The position numbers were made by a program, and so were the translations under genes. Shown here one piece after another: positions 26,243-36,388 of a stretch of DNA of 64,000 nt. The notes beneath the pieces were generated by a model, which was given only the letters and a program-made list of their open reading frames with translations, ran no database searches and was not told where the DNA came from. Within the stretch, counting starts at the first letter, position 1. Each line of letters starts with the position of its first letter. Source of the stretch: a virus; IMG/VR virus record IMGVR_UViG_3300006077_000002, positions 1 through 64,000 of that record; one strand, 5' to 3'.

Positions 26243-29200
26243 TTAAGATAGATTTTGCATTAACTCAAATACATAGTTACCAGAACCATAGTAGTGAATC
26301 ATTAGCATATCGTGTGCATTAGCTGTAGCTGTTACAGTCTTAGCAAGCCCATTCACCCACTTACCTGTAGGGAAAGTAAGCGTGCGTCCTCCTGTAGCAT
26401 CCTGATGGATGTGTAAGTAGAAGGTTGTAGGACTAGCTGGCTGAGTTACAGCCAACGTGCTATTAGCTGTAAGAGTTACACTTTGGTATTGGCCATCATC
26501 CAAGTTCACAAGGATACTTGTAGCAGATGGAACTGCGTGAAGTGCTTCAAAACGTACACTCTTAAATGTAGTCTGTCCTTCAAGCTTTAGTGTCTGGGCA
26601 GCAAAGTCACCAGTAATCAACTCAGCTACAGAGTTACTAATTACAAGCTGGTTAGATGCAGTTGTAAGAAGTCTTCCTGCATTGCCACCTAGTAGAACAT
26701 TATGCCCACCACTTGTAAGGTCAGCTCCTGCATTTTCACCTATGGCAACATTTGAGCTACCAGTAAGTGTGTTTGTAATGTCACTCTCTAATGCTTGAGT
26801 ACCGATACCGATATTGCCATGTCCTGAACTTAAATACATTCCTGTATTATTTCCAGACATAATGTTTCCAGTACCTGTAGTAATAGCTGCTCCACTTGTA
26901 CCAGTAGTATCATGGACAATGTTTGAACCTATGTACTTACCTACACCAAGAGGAGGAATAACCATAGAAGCTACAGCATCTCCAGCAGTATTAACAACTA
27001 GCATCTCATTAGCATTGTAAGAAGATGGAGTATCTCCAAGTTCTAGGAATGTAACATTATGAGGGTTGCTTGTAACATCAGAGATATGAGACTGAATGTT
27101 ACTATTAGCTGGTTCATATACTCCAGTATGTAAGTGGTTAGTATCAGACTTACCACTTAAGGCTGTTGCTGTTGCATTGCTTACAGGTTTGTTGAGGTCA
27201 GAAGTATTATCAACATTTCCTAATCCTACGTCTGCCTTTGCAATAGTAACTGCTCCAGTCTGCCCATTAACACTAGTCACAGGATATGTGATAGCACCTA
27301 TGCTACTACTTATCTCATTGTCAATCTTAGTGCTTGACCAAGTTTTACTTGTAACAGTAGTATTGTCATCAATTACTCCGCTAAGTCTTGCATCAACTCT
27401 TCCATCAGTATAGTAGAGGTTAGTTACACCTTCAGCAATATCATCAGAACCGAGTACTACTGTGCCTGTCTTACTATTAACAGAGTCAACAGGGTGAGTA
27501 ATACTTGCAAACCCATTACTAATCTTAGAAGCAGACCAAGTTTTACTAAGAGCAGTTGAGTTATCGTCAATTACTCCACTTAATCTTGCATCAACTCTAG
27601 CATTAGTGTAGTAAAGGTTTCCATTTTCAGTAATATCTCCTGAGTCCAGGACAACTGCACCTGTCTGAGTATTAACACTTGTTACATCTGATACAGAGCC
27701 AAAGTCCTCAAACACAGAACCATTGTGAATAACATCATCACCTACATTGAATGTAATGACTCCTGAACCTAAGTCTCTTGTTCCACCAGTACCTACTTTG
27801 TAGTAGTCTCCTTGAGCACCAGTAGCATCACTAATTGATGGACTATTGGTATCCGCATTCCAACTACCTTTGTAGTTAAGAGAACCTGAAATTAAGCTAT
27901 CTACTTTAGAAGAACTGTAGAGTGTTGTACTAGATGATACTGTATCAAGAATTGTACCTTGAATACGATTATCAGCTCTAGTATCTGTGTAGTACAAATG
28001 GCTACCTTCTGCGATATCACTAGTGGTTAGAACTACAACTCCAGTCTTAGAGTTAACACTATCAACTGGGTGGTTAATGCTAGCTATTGCATTTGATACC
28101 ACATTCTCAGTTTTAGTTGAACTGTATAGAGTGGTAGCACTTGCAGTAGTATCGTTTATAGCCGCCTGTACTCGTGAGTCAGCTCTAGCTATCGTGTAGT
28201 ACAGGTTACCATTCTCACTGATGTCACTTGTATCAAGAGTAACAACACCAGTAGCACCGTTAACACTTGTGACTCCAAGAGTACTCGCATCAAACCATGT
28301 GCGGTTACCAGCAGTATCACTTGCCAGCACATAGTTGTTACCCGCAGGTACTCCTAAGTTAGGCTCAAGAGTATCGCCATAATCGTCTACATACTTCTTG
28401 TTCACTAAGTGACTATCAAGTGTAGGAATAGGAGTAGTCTCAGTAGGTCCAGCAAGAAGCTTGACGTTACCAAGAGTATCAAGTCTAAGTGTACCTTCAA
28501 CTGTACCAGAAGAATCTATACGAGTAATTCCAGCATCTCCAGTAGTTGTATCAACTCCAAAGATTGCACGAGGAACAGAGTTAGAATCTGTAAGGTGTAG
28601 CTGAGGTTGTCCTCCACTAACTGTGGACTGGATGTTAAGCTTAGCTCCAGAACCACTTACTATGTCAATATCACCAGTAACAGTTCCACCAGTCTTATCC
28701 AGCTTACCATCAAGTGCAGTATTCAAGTCACTCTGATTACTAAGTGTACCAGAGATATTACCCCATACAGCACTAACATCAGTATTTTGAATTGTAGTCC
28801 AACTACGTATACCAGTGATAGTAGATACAAGCACATCGCCATCATTGCTAGGATTTCCTAGTCCATCCTCTTTGGCATCTAGGGCATTTTGTAGGTCAGT
28901 CTGATTACTGATTGAGCCAGTTAATGAGCCCCACGAAGCACTTCTCTGAGACCAACTACGTACACCAGCGGCAGTGGATACTAGTACTTCTCCATCTGTA
29001 GCTGGGTTACCTATACTGTCTTCCTTAGCTAGGTCAAGGATACGTCCTTGGTTAGCAGATAGAGCAGCAGTTGCATCTGTACTATTGAGGCTATCAATAA
29101 CATCAATTGTAGGAGTTGCAGCCCCTCCTCCTCCACTAGAAGAAAGAGATAGTAAATCCCAGTCAGCACTTACTACAGCTTCTTGGAATTCTATATCTAT

Positions 29201-32200
29201 ACCATAAGCATTAGTATTAGAGTTTGGTTGGTCAACTCCATCAAGCTGTAAAAATCCTACAACAGTGGCGAATGACGGTTGAGCACTCCAGTATCCTGAT
29301 TTTTCAACATACTTAGTTGCAGCAGCTACAGGAATTGCAAAGGCTCCTGAAGTATTCTCAGTCTCGTCAATCTCTCCACCAGACCCTACGTTAATACGTG
29401 AAACAGAATACTCATAGTAAGTACCCATATCAGTAGGTGCCGAGTCAACTCTATATCTCTCACTTTTAGTAGAGTCAGAGGCTTGTATAAAGTTTATAAC
29501 AGACTCAGGAATAATAGCTGCAAGGTCAGTACTTCTATCCACAGCAGCACCATCAGTTTTATTTATCCTAAGTATTGTACGGCCAAAGTTAGTACTCCAA
29601 TTTCCAGCAGCAGGAATCACACTATTGCCATTGTCGTCATACATCCAATCACCATTGAATGTAGTGTACGAGCTTGAGTTAGAAGCTTCTACTTCCAATT
29701 GAATTACTCGTCCTGCAGGAATTACAGCAAGTCCAGCTTTGATTGTATTCCATTGACCTGCAACTAATCCAGAAGTTTCTACAACCTCACTAATAGGGTT
29801 ATTAGGGTCAGTAATGTCAGATAAGACAAAACGATAAGAGATATTGGTACCAACTTCAGGTACCCATACTCTAACTTCTTTAATCCAACCATTCTTTGTC
29901 AACGTATATTGATGTCCTGAATATACAGAAGAGACATTGTCCAGTGTTGAAAACTGAGGGTCCTCTGTAGGTATAGCGAACTCTGGTGTTCCACTAGGTT
30001 GAGGAGCAGGTCTATCAGAGGTATCTTTGTTAGCTACCATAGACCATGCACCATCTAGCACAGTGTCATTCTTAAGGTATGAACCAGTTGTCCAGTAACC
30101 TTTCCATTGCATACGCTCTGCATCTCCTGCCGCCATAGCTGTTGCTGTGGCTGTACTTACAGGTTTGTCTAGGTCAGCTGTGTTATCAACATTACCAAGA
30201 CCAACTTGTGCTTGAGTTACAGCATGTGGGTTATTTGTTGCTCCATTATGACTTGTTACAACTACCCCAATATTCCCAATATCAGTAGTGTTAGTGCCAA
30301 TATTAGTTGTATTAGTTGCAATATTGGTTGCATTAGTTCCTATGTTAGTTGCATTAGTTCCTATGTCTGTGGTATTAGTTGCAATATTAGTTGCATTAGT
30401 TCCTATGGCTGTGGTGTTGTTACCTATGGCAGTTGTATTAGTATTAACATCTGCCTGTACATTGCCAATAGCTGTTGCTGTGGCAGTACTAACTGGCTTG
30501 TCTAGGTCAGCTGTGTTATCAACACTACTAAGACCAACATCTCCTTTGGCAAGTACTACATCTCCTGTACGTCCAGCAACGCTAGTTACAGGGTGAACAA
30601 TGGCACCAACTGCAGCGGCAATAGACGTATTAATTTTTGTAGAACTCCAAGTCTTATCAGAGACAGTAGAATTATCTGCGATAATACCAGTAAGTCTTGC
30701 ATCAACTCTTGCATCTGTATAGTATAGATTAAGAGCACCTTCATTGATATCATCAGAACCAAGGACTACTGCACCAACCTTACCATTAACTGAGTCTACA
30801 GCATTAGTAGAACCAAAGCGTTCAAATTGTGTTCCATTATGGATAACATCATCACCCTCTGAAAATACAATTGAGCCTGAGCCTAAATCTTGAGTACCTG
30901 CAGTAGTGACTTTATAGAAGTCACCATTTGACCCAGTATTGTCAGCGATTGCTGGTGTATTAGTATTAGCATCCCATCCACCTTTATAGGTCAATGAACC
31001 TGAAACAATAGCATCAATCTTAGCTGAACTATACAGTGTAGTTGTGCTTGATACAGTATCTTTAATAGCTGCTTGTATTCGTGCATCTGCTCTAGCATCT
31101 GTAAAGTACAAGTTAACACTCTCAGCAATATCAGATGAGTCAAGAGTTACAACACCAGTCTCACCATTAACTGAAGTAACACCTAGTTGGTCAGGTGCAA
31201 GCCAAGTACGAGTCCCTAAGTTATCTGAGATAAGTACATAGTTAGCACCTGCAGGGTTACCAAGTGAGTTCTCTTTACCAGCCAATGCCGTAACAGTAGC
31301 AGTACTAATTGGCTTATCCAAGTCAGCTGTGTTGTCTACGTTCTCAAGACCTAGCTGAGTCTTAGTAACACCATGAGGATTACTTACATCAGCTACATGA
31401 TTTGAGATAGCTGTAGTGTTATTCTGAACAGGAGTGTCATTATACACAGTATCTGTAAATAATGCACCTGTAGGAACAGATGTTTCCACAGTAAGTCCAT
31501 TAACTTTTTCTGCGTCATCCACGACACCACTATCATTAGTATCATAAGCAGCCTTAGACATATCTCCAAAACCACTTGTAGCTAGTTCATTTTCAGTAAC
31601 AAGTTTATTCGTAAGGGTTACTGCACTGGCAGTATCAGCATCTTTCAATACATCACTATCATCATATACAGTATCAGTGAATAATGCACCTGCAGGTACA
31701 GCAGTTTCTACTGTTAAGTTATTTACTTTCTCTGCGTTGTCAACAATACCACTTAGGTTAGTATCATATACAGACTTCTGCATAGCATCAGCAGCATTAG
31801 CCTGAGTAAGAATTTTATTAGTTGGAGTTACTGGGCTTACGGTATCCGAATCTTTCAGCACAGCTGAATCATCATAAATAGTATCAGTAAATACTGCACC
31901 AGAAGGGACAGCAGTTTGAACTGTCAAACCATTAACTTTCTCTGAGTCATCAACAGTACCACTATTGTTCTGGTCGTAAACAGCCTTAGTCATATCTCCA
32001 GTTCCTGCAGTGGTAATCTCAGCCATTGTAGCAACTTTATTAGAAGATGTAACAGGACTTTGAGTATCTGCATCTTTCAATACATCAGAGTCATCATAGA
32101 CAGTATCAGTAAATACTGCACCCGCAGGGACATTGGTAAGTACCTGACTATCATCCACCTTACCATCAAAAGAATTCTGAAGGTCAACCTGTGTTGTGAT

Positions 32201-32437
32201 ATCACCTAGGATTGCTCCCCAATAAGTACCACCAATATTAGAGTCTACGAACTCCATACCTTGACCATCAATAGTTACTACAGGAACTTGTCCTGGAGTA
32301 CCAAGAGTAAGCGGAGTGTCTGTAAGGTCTACAAAAGCACCAGCTTTAAGTATAGGCCCAGCTACAACTGTAGTTGCTACTGTAAGGTCTTCAACTGTTA
32401 CTTTTCCATTTTGCTCTTCTATTACTATAGTGCTCAT
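26243..32437 (-). CDS. Very long tail fibre (2064 aa) with internal repeats
   Basis: Repeated VTSVNG.TG.V.L...DI.E..NLYYT..R.DAR, GL.NVDNT.DL.KPVS.AT and WG.I.G....Q.DL units; heptad IxTNxTN run. Confidence 0.85.
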   Translation of the reverse strand: MSTIVIEEQNGKVTVEDLTVATTVVAGPILKAGAFVDLTDTPLTLGTPGQVPVVTIDGQGMEFVDSNIGGTYWGAILGDITTQVDLQNSFDGKVDDSQVLTNVPAGAVFTDTVYDDSDVLKDADTQSPVTSSNKVATMAEITTAGTGDMTKAVYDQNNSGTVDDSEKVNGLTVQTAVPSGAVFTDTIYDDSAVLKDSDTVSPVTPTNKILTQANAADAMQKSVYDTNLSGIVDNAEKVNNLTVETAVPAGALFTDTVYDDSDVLKDADTASAVTLTNKLVTENELATSGFGDMSKAAYDTNDSGVVDDAEKVNGLTVETSVPTGALFTDTVYNDTPVQNNTTAISNHVADVSNPHGVTKTQLGLENVDNTADLDKPISTATVTALAGKENSLGNPAGANYVLISDNLGTRTWLAPDQLGVTSVNGETGVVTLDSSDIAESVNLYFTDARADARIQAAIKDTVSSTTTLYSSAKIDAIVSGSLTYKGGWDANTNTPAIADNTGSNGDFYKVTTAGTQDLGSGSIVFSEGDDVIHNGTQFERFGSTNAVDSVNGKVGAVVLGSDDINEGALNLYYTDARVDARLTGIIADNSTVSDKTWSSTKINTSIAAAVGAIVHPVTSVAGRTGDVVLAKGDVGLSSVDNTADLDKPVSTATATAIGNVQADVNTNTTAIGNNTTAIGTNATNIATNTTDIGTNATNIGTNATNIATNTTNIGTNTTDIGNIGVVVTSHNGATNNPHAVTQAQVGLGNVDNTADLDKPVSTATATAMAAGDAERMQWKGYWTTGSYLKNDTVLDGAWSMVANKDTSDRPAPQPSGTPEFAIPTEDPQFSTLDNVSSVYSGHQYTLTKNGWIKEVRVWVPEVGTNISYRFVLSDITDPNNPISEVVETSGLVAGQWNTIKAGLAVIPAGRVIQLEVEASNSSSYTTFNGDWMYDDNGNSVIPAAGNWSTNFGRTILRINKTDGAAVDRSTDLAAIIPESVINFIQASDSTKSERYRVDSAPTDMGTYYEYSVSRINVGSGGEIDETENTSGAFAIPVAAATKYVEKSGYWSAQPSFATVVGFLQLDGVDQPNSNTNAYGIDIEFQEAVVSADWDLLSLSSSGGGGAATPTIDVIDSLNSTDATAALSANQGRILDLAKEDSIGNPATDGEVLVSTAAGVRSWSQRSASWGSLTGSISNQTDLQNALDAKEDGLGNPSNDGDVLVSTITGIRSWTTIQNTDVSAVWGNISGTLSNQSDLNTALDGKLDKTGGTVTGDIDIVSGSGAKLNIQSTVSGGQPQLHLTDSNSVPRAIFGVDTTTGDAGITRIDSSGTVEGTLRLDTLGNVKLLAGPTETTPIPTLDSHLVNKKYVDDYGDTLEPNLGVPAGNNYVLASDTAGNRTWFDASTLGVTSVNGATGVVTLDTSDISENGNLYYTIARADSRVQAAINDTTASATTLYSSTKTENVVSNAIASINHPVDSVNSKTGVVVLTTSDIAEGSHLYYTDTRADNRIQGTILDTVSSSTTLYSSSKVDSLISGSLNYKGSWNADTNSPSISDATGAQGDYYKVGTGGTRDLGSGVITFNVGDDVIHNGSVFEDFGSVSDVTSVNTQTGAVVLDSGDITENGNLYYTNARVDARLSGVIDDNSTALSKTWSASKISNGFASITHPVDSVNSKTGTVVLGSDDIAEGVTNLYYTDGRVDARLSGVIDDNTTVTSKTWSSTKIDNEISSSIGAITYPVTSVNGQTGAVTIAKADVGLGNVDNTSDLNKPVSNATATALSGKSDTNHLHTGVYEPANSNIQSHISDVTSNPHNVTFLELGDTPSSYNANEMLVVNTAGDAVASMVIPPLGVGKYIGSNIVHDTTGTSGAAITTGTGNIMSGNNTGMYLSSGHGNIGIGTQALESDITNTLTGSSNVAIGENAGADLTSGGHNVLLGGNAGRLLTTASNQLVISNSVAELITGDFAAQTLKLEGQTTFKSVRFEALHAVPSATSILVNLDDGQYQSVTLTANSTLAVTQPASPTTFYLHIHQDATGGRTLTFPTGKWVNGLAKTVTATANAHDMLMIHYYGSGNYVFELMQNLS

Positions 32438-32748
32438 ACTTTTCTCTCCACATCCACGTCACCTCTAAGGATACGTGTAGTTGTAGCTCCAAGTGTATAG
32501 TCTGCTTGGTAAGTACCACACAGTCCATCATACACCTGAGTCTCATCAATATTAAACGTAATTGAGTTTCCATTTACAGAACCAACTACGTTAAGAATAG
32601 AGGTAAGAAACTTAATTCTTAACTCTGCGGTAGCTCCAGTAAGGTCTACTGGTAATCCATCATCATCCAATATACTAAAGACGATACGATAATCCGTTCC
32701 CTCTTGAATACATAAGTTGTATGTTGGTAAATCACATGTTGTTGCCAT
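32434..32748 (-). CDS. BppU-like fibre adaptor
   Basis: I.EGTD...PVDLTGATA...RILRG. Confidence 0.65.
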   Translation of the reverse strand: MATTCDLPTYNLCIQEGTDYRIVFSILDDDGLPVDLTGATAELRIKFLTSILNVVGSVNGNSITFNIDETQVYDGLCGTYQADYTLGATTTRILRGDVDVERKV

Positions 32749-32768
32749 TTTATCCTCCTAAGGATGTG

Positions 32769-32786
32769 CTAGGGTTGCAGCCCTAG
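32769..32786 (-). terminator. Intergenic hairpin
   Basis: CTAGGGT-TGCA-GCCCTAG downstream of the 32798-36379 gene. Confidence 0.5.
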
Positions 32787-32797
32787 TTAATTGTTTG

Positions 32798-35700
32798 CTA
32801 TCCTACTTTCGTGATAACCATTGCACAAGAGCCGCTATCTACATCCATTCGGTCATCATTTGTATTATACACGCTGGTCATAGTAAGTTCAACTCCAGCT
32901 GTGAAGTACTTTCTATTAGTAGCTGATGCAGGAACATATGTCCATCCAGTAGGAGTTACAGAATTATCTCTGCCAACACTCTCAACATGAACTATTCTTG
33001 TGCTCCCATCTTGTACAATAGTAGCATCGGTAAGTCCAACAGTAGCAGAAATATGTCTAAAAATAGCTCTAAGTTCTACCTCATATATTCCATCAACTGG
33101 GATGGTATAGATAGTTCTAGCAGCATTGAAACCACCTGCTGTATCCTCTAACTGTGCAGGAGAGAATGTAATAGGTGTTGAAGTGTGGTCATATACTTTG
33201 GCATAGAATCTAATAGCTGGTGTAGCTCCGCCAGGAACTTCCGTCCATAGACCATCTTGCCTTGCATATTGTTTAGTATCAACTGGGGCTTCTAAGAAAC
33301 CACCAACAGCTGTATCAGTTGCATCAGGTACTAGTAAACCATTTTGCTGATACCCAGGAATTATATCAGGAGCTCCACCCATTACTCCATACTTATAAGA
33401 ATATATATTACCTTGAGCCAATGTGATTGGGGCAAAAAGTGTAAAGGTATTAGTTACCACACCATTCTTATCATAAAATGCTATACTATCTATGGTGGCT
33501 GACGAGTCTGCCTTAAATGCAAAGATAATATCAGCAAGTATATTGGAGGCAAGGTCATTTGTAGAGTTAACATCCAGCAACCCTGGTGAAGTTCCTTCCA
33601 TAACTGTTTGGTCATAAGGGACAATAGATGCTGCAGAAAAGATAGAAGCTACATCATGTAACACATCATATCCTATAGTGGTAACTTCGCTCCACGCACC
33701 ATCTTGCCGTGCATACTGTTTAGTATCAACTGGGGCATCAGATAAGACATGTGCATCCACATACTCCTTAGTAGTTAATGCTTTCGTATCTACAATCTCT
33801 GCAAGTACAGAAGATTCAGCATAGACTTGACCATCATCATCCACTCTCAGAGCATTACTTCTGTTAACTTCATTGGAACCATTACCAACTTCAAATAACG
33901 CATTTGCTGAAACATTATTATACTCACCAACAGCAAGCCCATTTTCTCTTGCTATATTAATACCAGTACCTAAGGCTGTGGAGTCAAAGGCATTTTCTCG
34001 TGCAATATACAATTGGTTTTTACTTTGGTAAAAGCTATAATATTGTAAGTCAGGAAAAAATCTAAGTTGTCTAGTTAGCCCACCAGAATATTGGTATGCC
34101 ACTACATACTCACTACTCATTGGGAGTATTCCATTAATACTTATAGCCTCAGAGTATACTACCTCTGCTGCAAGTAAAGCACTATTAGTATTCACTTTAA
34201 TTATTTTAAGAGTAGCGTTACTTCCATTTGCAAATGTAGTGTAGAAATACCCATCATCAGAAATGTAACCATTAGCTCTTTCCCAAGTATATTGGTCCTC
34301 TTCTGCTTTTTGAAAATTAGTAAAATCAGTATCTGACTTAGCTATCCAAGACCTAAATATTGCATAGTTTGCACCACCATAATAAATTTGCCCATTACCA
34401 TATGCTAGACATGTTACTAAATCGAACTGAGTAGTCTCTCCTATATAGGTGAGAGAGTTATTACTTACATCATATTTCATAGATGCTAGTCCAACATTAG
34501 GCATACTTGAAACTATTACAAACTCTGTACCCTGCATATAAGATACAAAAGTTCTAGCTGAAAGGTCCATAGTCCCTGTAAATCCTAGAGAGTTTGCAGT
34601 AGAACTTAGTATGGTGAACAGCAGAGTTCTTGTAGTTGCAGTGATATTATACTCTGAAACTTCTATACCACCAGCACTATAATTCCCCTGAAATACATAG
34701 AATATATTAGGGTCATCTGAAGCACAAGCACTAACAGATGAAGTAGATGAGCCAGGCATACCTAACCATTGTGCAACAATGGTTTCTCCACCATCATCAG
34801 TAACAAGTATATCTAGTGTACTTGTACCAGCTGGAAATATTGACCTACCAAGAGAGTCAATACTTCCACTCTGCTTTTCTGATATAACATTGAAACCATA
34901 TCCTGGGTCTTTAATCTCAGGTGGTCTAGTGGTAGAAGTGTTCTTAGAGAACACACCAATATCTGCATCAATACCTTCGGTAACTGGAAGCTCAGACCAA
35001 TCAGCATCTTTACGAACATACTGCTTACCATCTATAGGAGCTTCCTCCATCACACTAGAATCCACGTAGTCAACTACTGGCTGTGCAACAGATGAGAACC
35101 ATACATCTGGTATAGGAAATCTTAATAATCTTTTTTCTCCATTATCTGGAACATAAAGAGTGGTAGAGTTTACCACAGCACCTATTGGATAGTAATTACC
35201 TGTAGGAGAGTGTGGCAACATAAAGTACTCAGTGTTGGTGTGCAGGTTATATAATGTGCTACTACACTCATCACTGCATGAATATCTACCAATTCCTACA
35301 ATATCATTATCATTAATACTTACACGGAATCCAAAGTATGTGCCTCTACCATTTTTATTATATATTGTTTTGTGGAGAGAACCATCAGAGATATTGTATA
35401 CATCTACCTTTCCAATGTTACTAGTAGTTCCATCCCAATAATTAGACATCCCGATAATTATGAAATTCTCATTAGAATCCATACTACTAATAGAGTTATA
35501 GTCCCTAGGTATCTCATATAATAGATTACCTTGAAGGTCAAAAACGTACACAATATAATTACCTATGTCAGTTATAACAATACGAGTTTCTGTAATACTA
35601 GCATGAGACCCAAAAGAAGAAGAGCTGCTTGCAGGTTTACTAAAAGAACTTCTAATAGTTCCATCCATATTGTACAAGTAAGTATCTGCACCCCTGCTAG

Positions 35701-36379
35701 TAACAAGAATAGTGTCAGAATTCATGGATAGGTCCTCTGCAAAGTAAGAGGTGATACCAGCAGGTCTTGGAACTTTTGTAAGAGTAGTAGTAGCTAGATT
35801 CCATAAATAGAATTCAACATCATTAAATCCAGCAGCTGTAGCATATTGTCCTCCAGTAGCTACCCTTTCTCCAATGCCTGTACCAGAACCGTCGTCATAA
35901 CCAGTTACTAAAGTATTAGTAGCAACATCATAAATCTTTACATCATTATAATCATCTGTACCTGTAATATAATAAAGGTCAGAAGCATCACAACTCTCAG
36001 CATACACATCAATTCTACTAGTAACTCCTTGGACATACCCAGTAGTGTCAGGGTTTCTTGGTAAAATACTTGCTGACTCCAATGATTCTAATGATAGTTG
36101 TACATTAACATCTGTGTCAGAAAGTATGTCTCCAGAAAAACCAGCAGTGTCTGTAGAAACAGCAGCCGCAGTAACCTCTAAAGGTTCCCATTCTTTCCCT
36201 TGTCTTACATACATATCACCATCATCAGGTGCTTCTTCTAGACCATCACCAGCGGCATTATCAACGTAACTCTTCGTAGCAATACTATCATCCCCAGTTG
36301 GGGCATAACCAACTGGTAGTTCTGGATTGTCTGAAGTGAGTGCTAGTTTTGCAATCTCAGCTATACTTTTGTTATTCAT
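32798..36379 (-). CDS. Tail fibre / receptor-binding protein (1193 aa) with foldon-like motifs and propeller-like domains
   Basis: Four EAP.DG..Y.R.D..W motifs; TKxYVD motifs; C1q-like C-terminus (YTIPVDGIYEV). Confidence 0.8.
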   Translation of the reverse strand: MNNKSIAEIAKLALTSDNPELPVGYAPTGDDSIATKSYVDNAAGDGLEEAPDDGDMYVRQGKEWEPLEVTAAAVSTDTAGFSGDILSDTDVNVQLSLESLESASILPRNPDTTGYVQGVTSRIDVYAESCDASDLYYITGTDDYNDVKIYDVATNTLVTGYDDGSGTGIGERVATGGQYATAAGFNDVEFYLWNLATTTLTKVPRPAGITSYFAEDLSMNSDTILVTSRGADTYLYNMDGTIRSSFSKPASSSSSFGSHASITETRIVITDIGNYIVYVFDLQGNLLYEIPRDYNSISSMDSNENFIIIGMSNYWDGTTSNIGKVDVYNISDGSLHKTIYNKNGRGTYFGFRVSINDNDIVGIGRYSCSDECSSTLYNLHTNTEYFMLPHSPTGNYYPIGAVVNSTTLYVPDNGEKRLLRFPIPDVWFSSVAQPVVDYVDSSVMEEAPIDGKQYVRKDADWSELPVTEGIDADIGVFSKNTSTTRPPEIKDPGYGFNVISEKQSGSIDSLGRSIFPAGTSTLDILVTDDGGETIVAQWLGMPGSSTSSVSACASDDPNIFYVFQGNYSAGGIEVSEYNITATTRTLLFTILSSTANSLGFTGTMDLSARTFVSYMQGTEFVIVSSMPNVGLASMKYDVSNNSLTYIGETTQFDLVTCLAYGNGQIYYGGANYAIFRSWIAKSDTDFTNFQKAEEDQYTWERANGYISDDGYFYTTFANGSNATLKIIKVNTNSALLAAEVVYSEAISINGILPMSSEYVVAYQYSGGLTRQLRFFPDLQYYSFYQSKNQLYIARENAFDSTALGTGINIARENGLAVGEYNNVSANALFEVGNGSNEVNRSNALRVDDDGQVYAESSVLAEIVDTKALTTKEYVDAHVLSDAPVDTKQYARQDGAWSEVTTIGYDVLHDVASIFSAASIVPYDQTVMEGTSPGLLDVNSTNDLASNILADIIFAFKADSSATIDSIAFYDKNGVVTNTFTLFAPITLAQGNIYSYKYGVMGGAPDIIPGYQQNGLLVPDATDTAVGGFLEAPVDTKQYARQDGLWTEVPGGATPAIRFYAKVYDHTSTPITFSPAQLEDTAGGFNAARTIYTIPVDGIYEVELRAIFRHISATVGLTDATIVQDGSTRIVHVESVGRDNSVTPTGWTYVPASATNRKYFTAGVELTMTSVYNTNDDRMDVDSGSCAMVITKVG

Positions 36380-36388
36380 ATCAACTCC

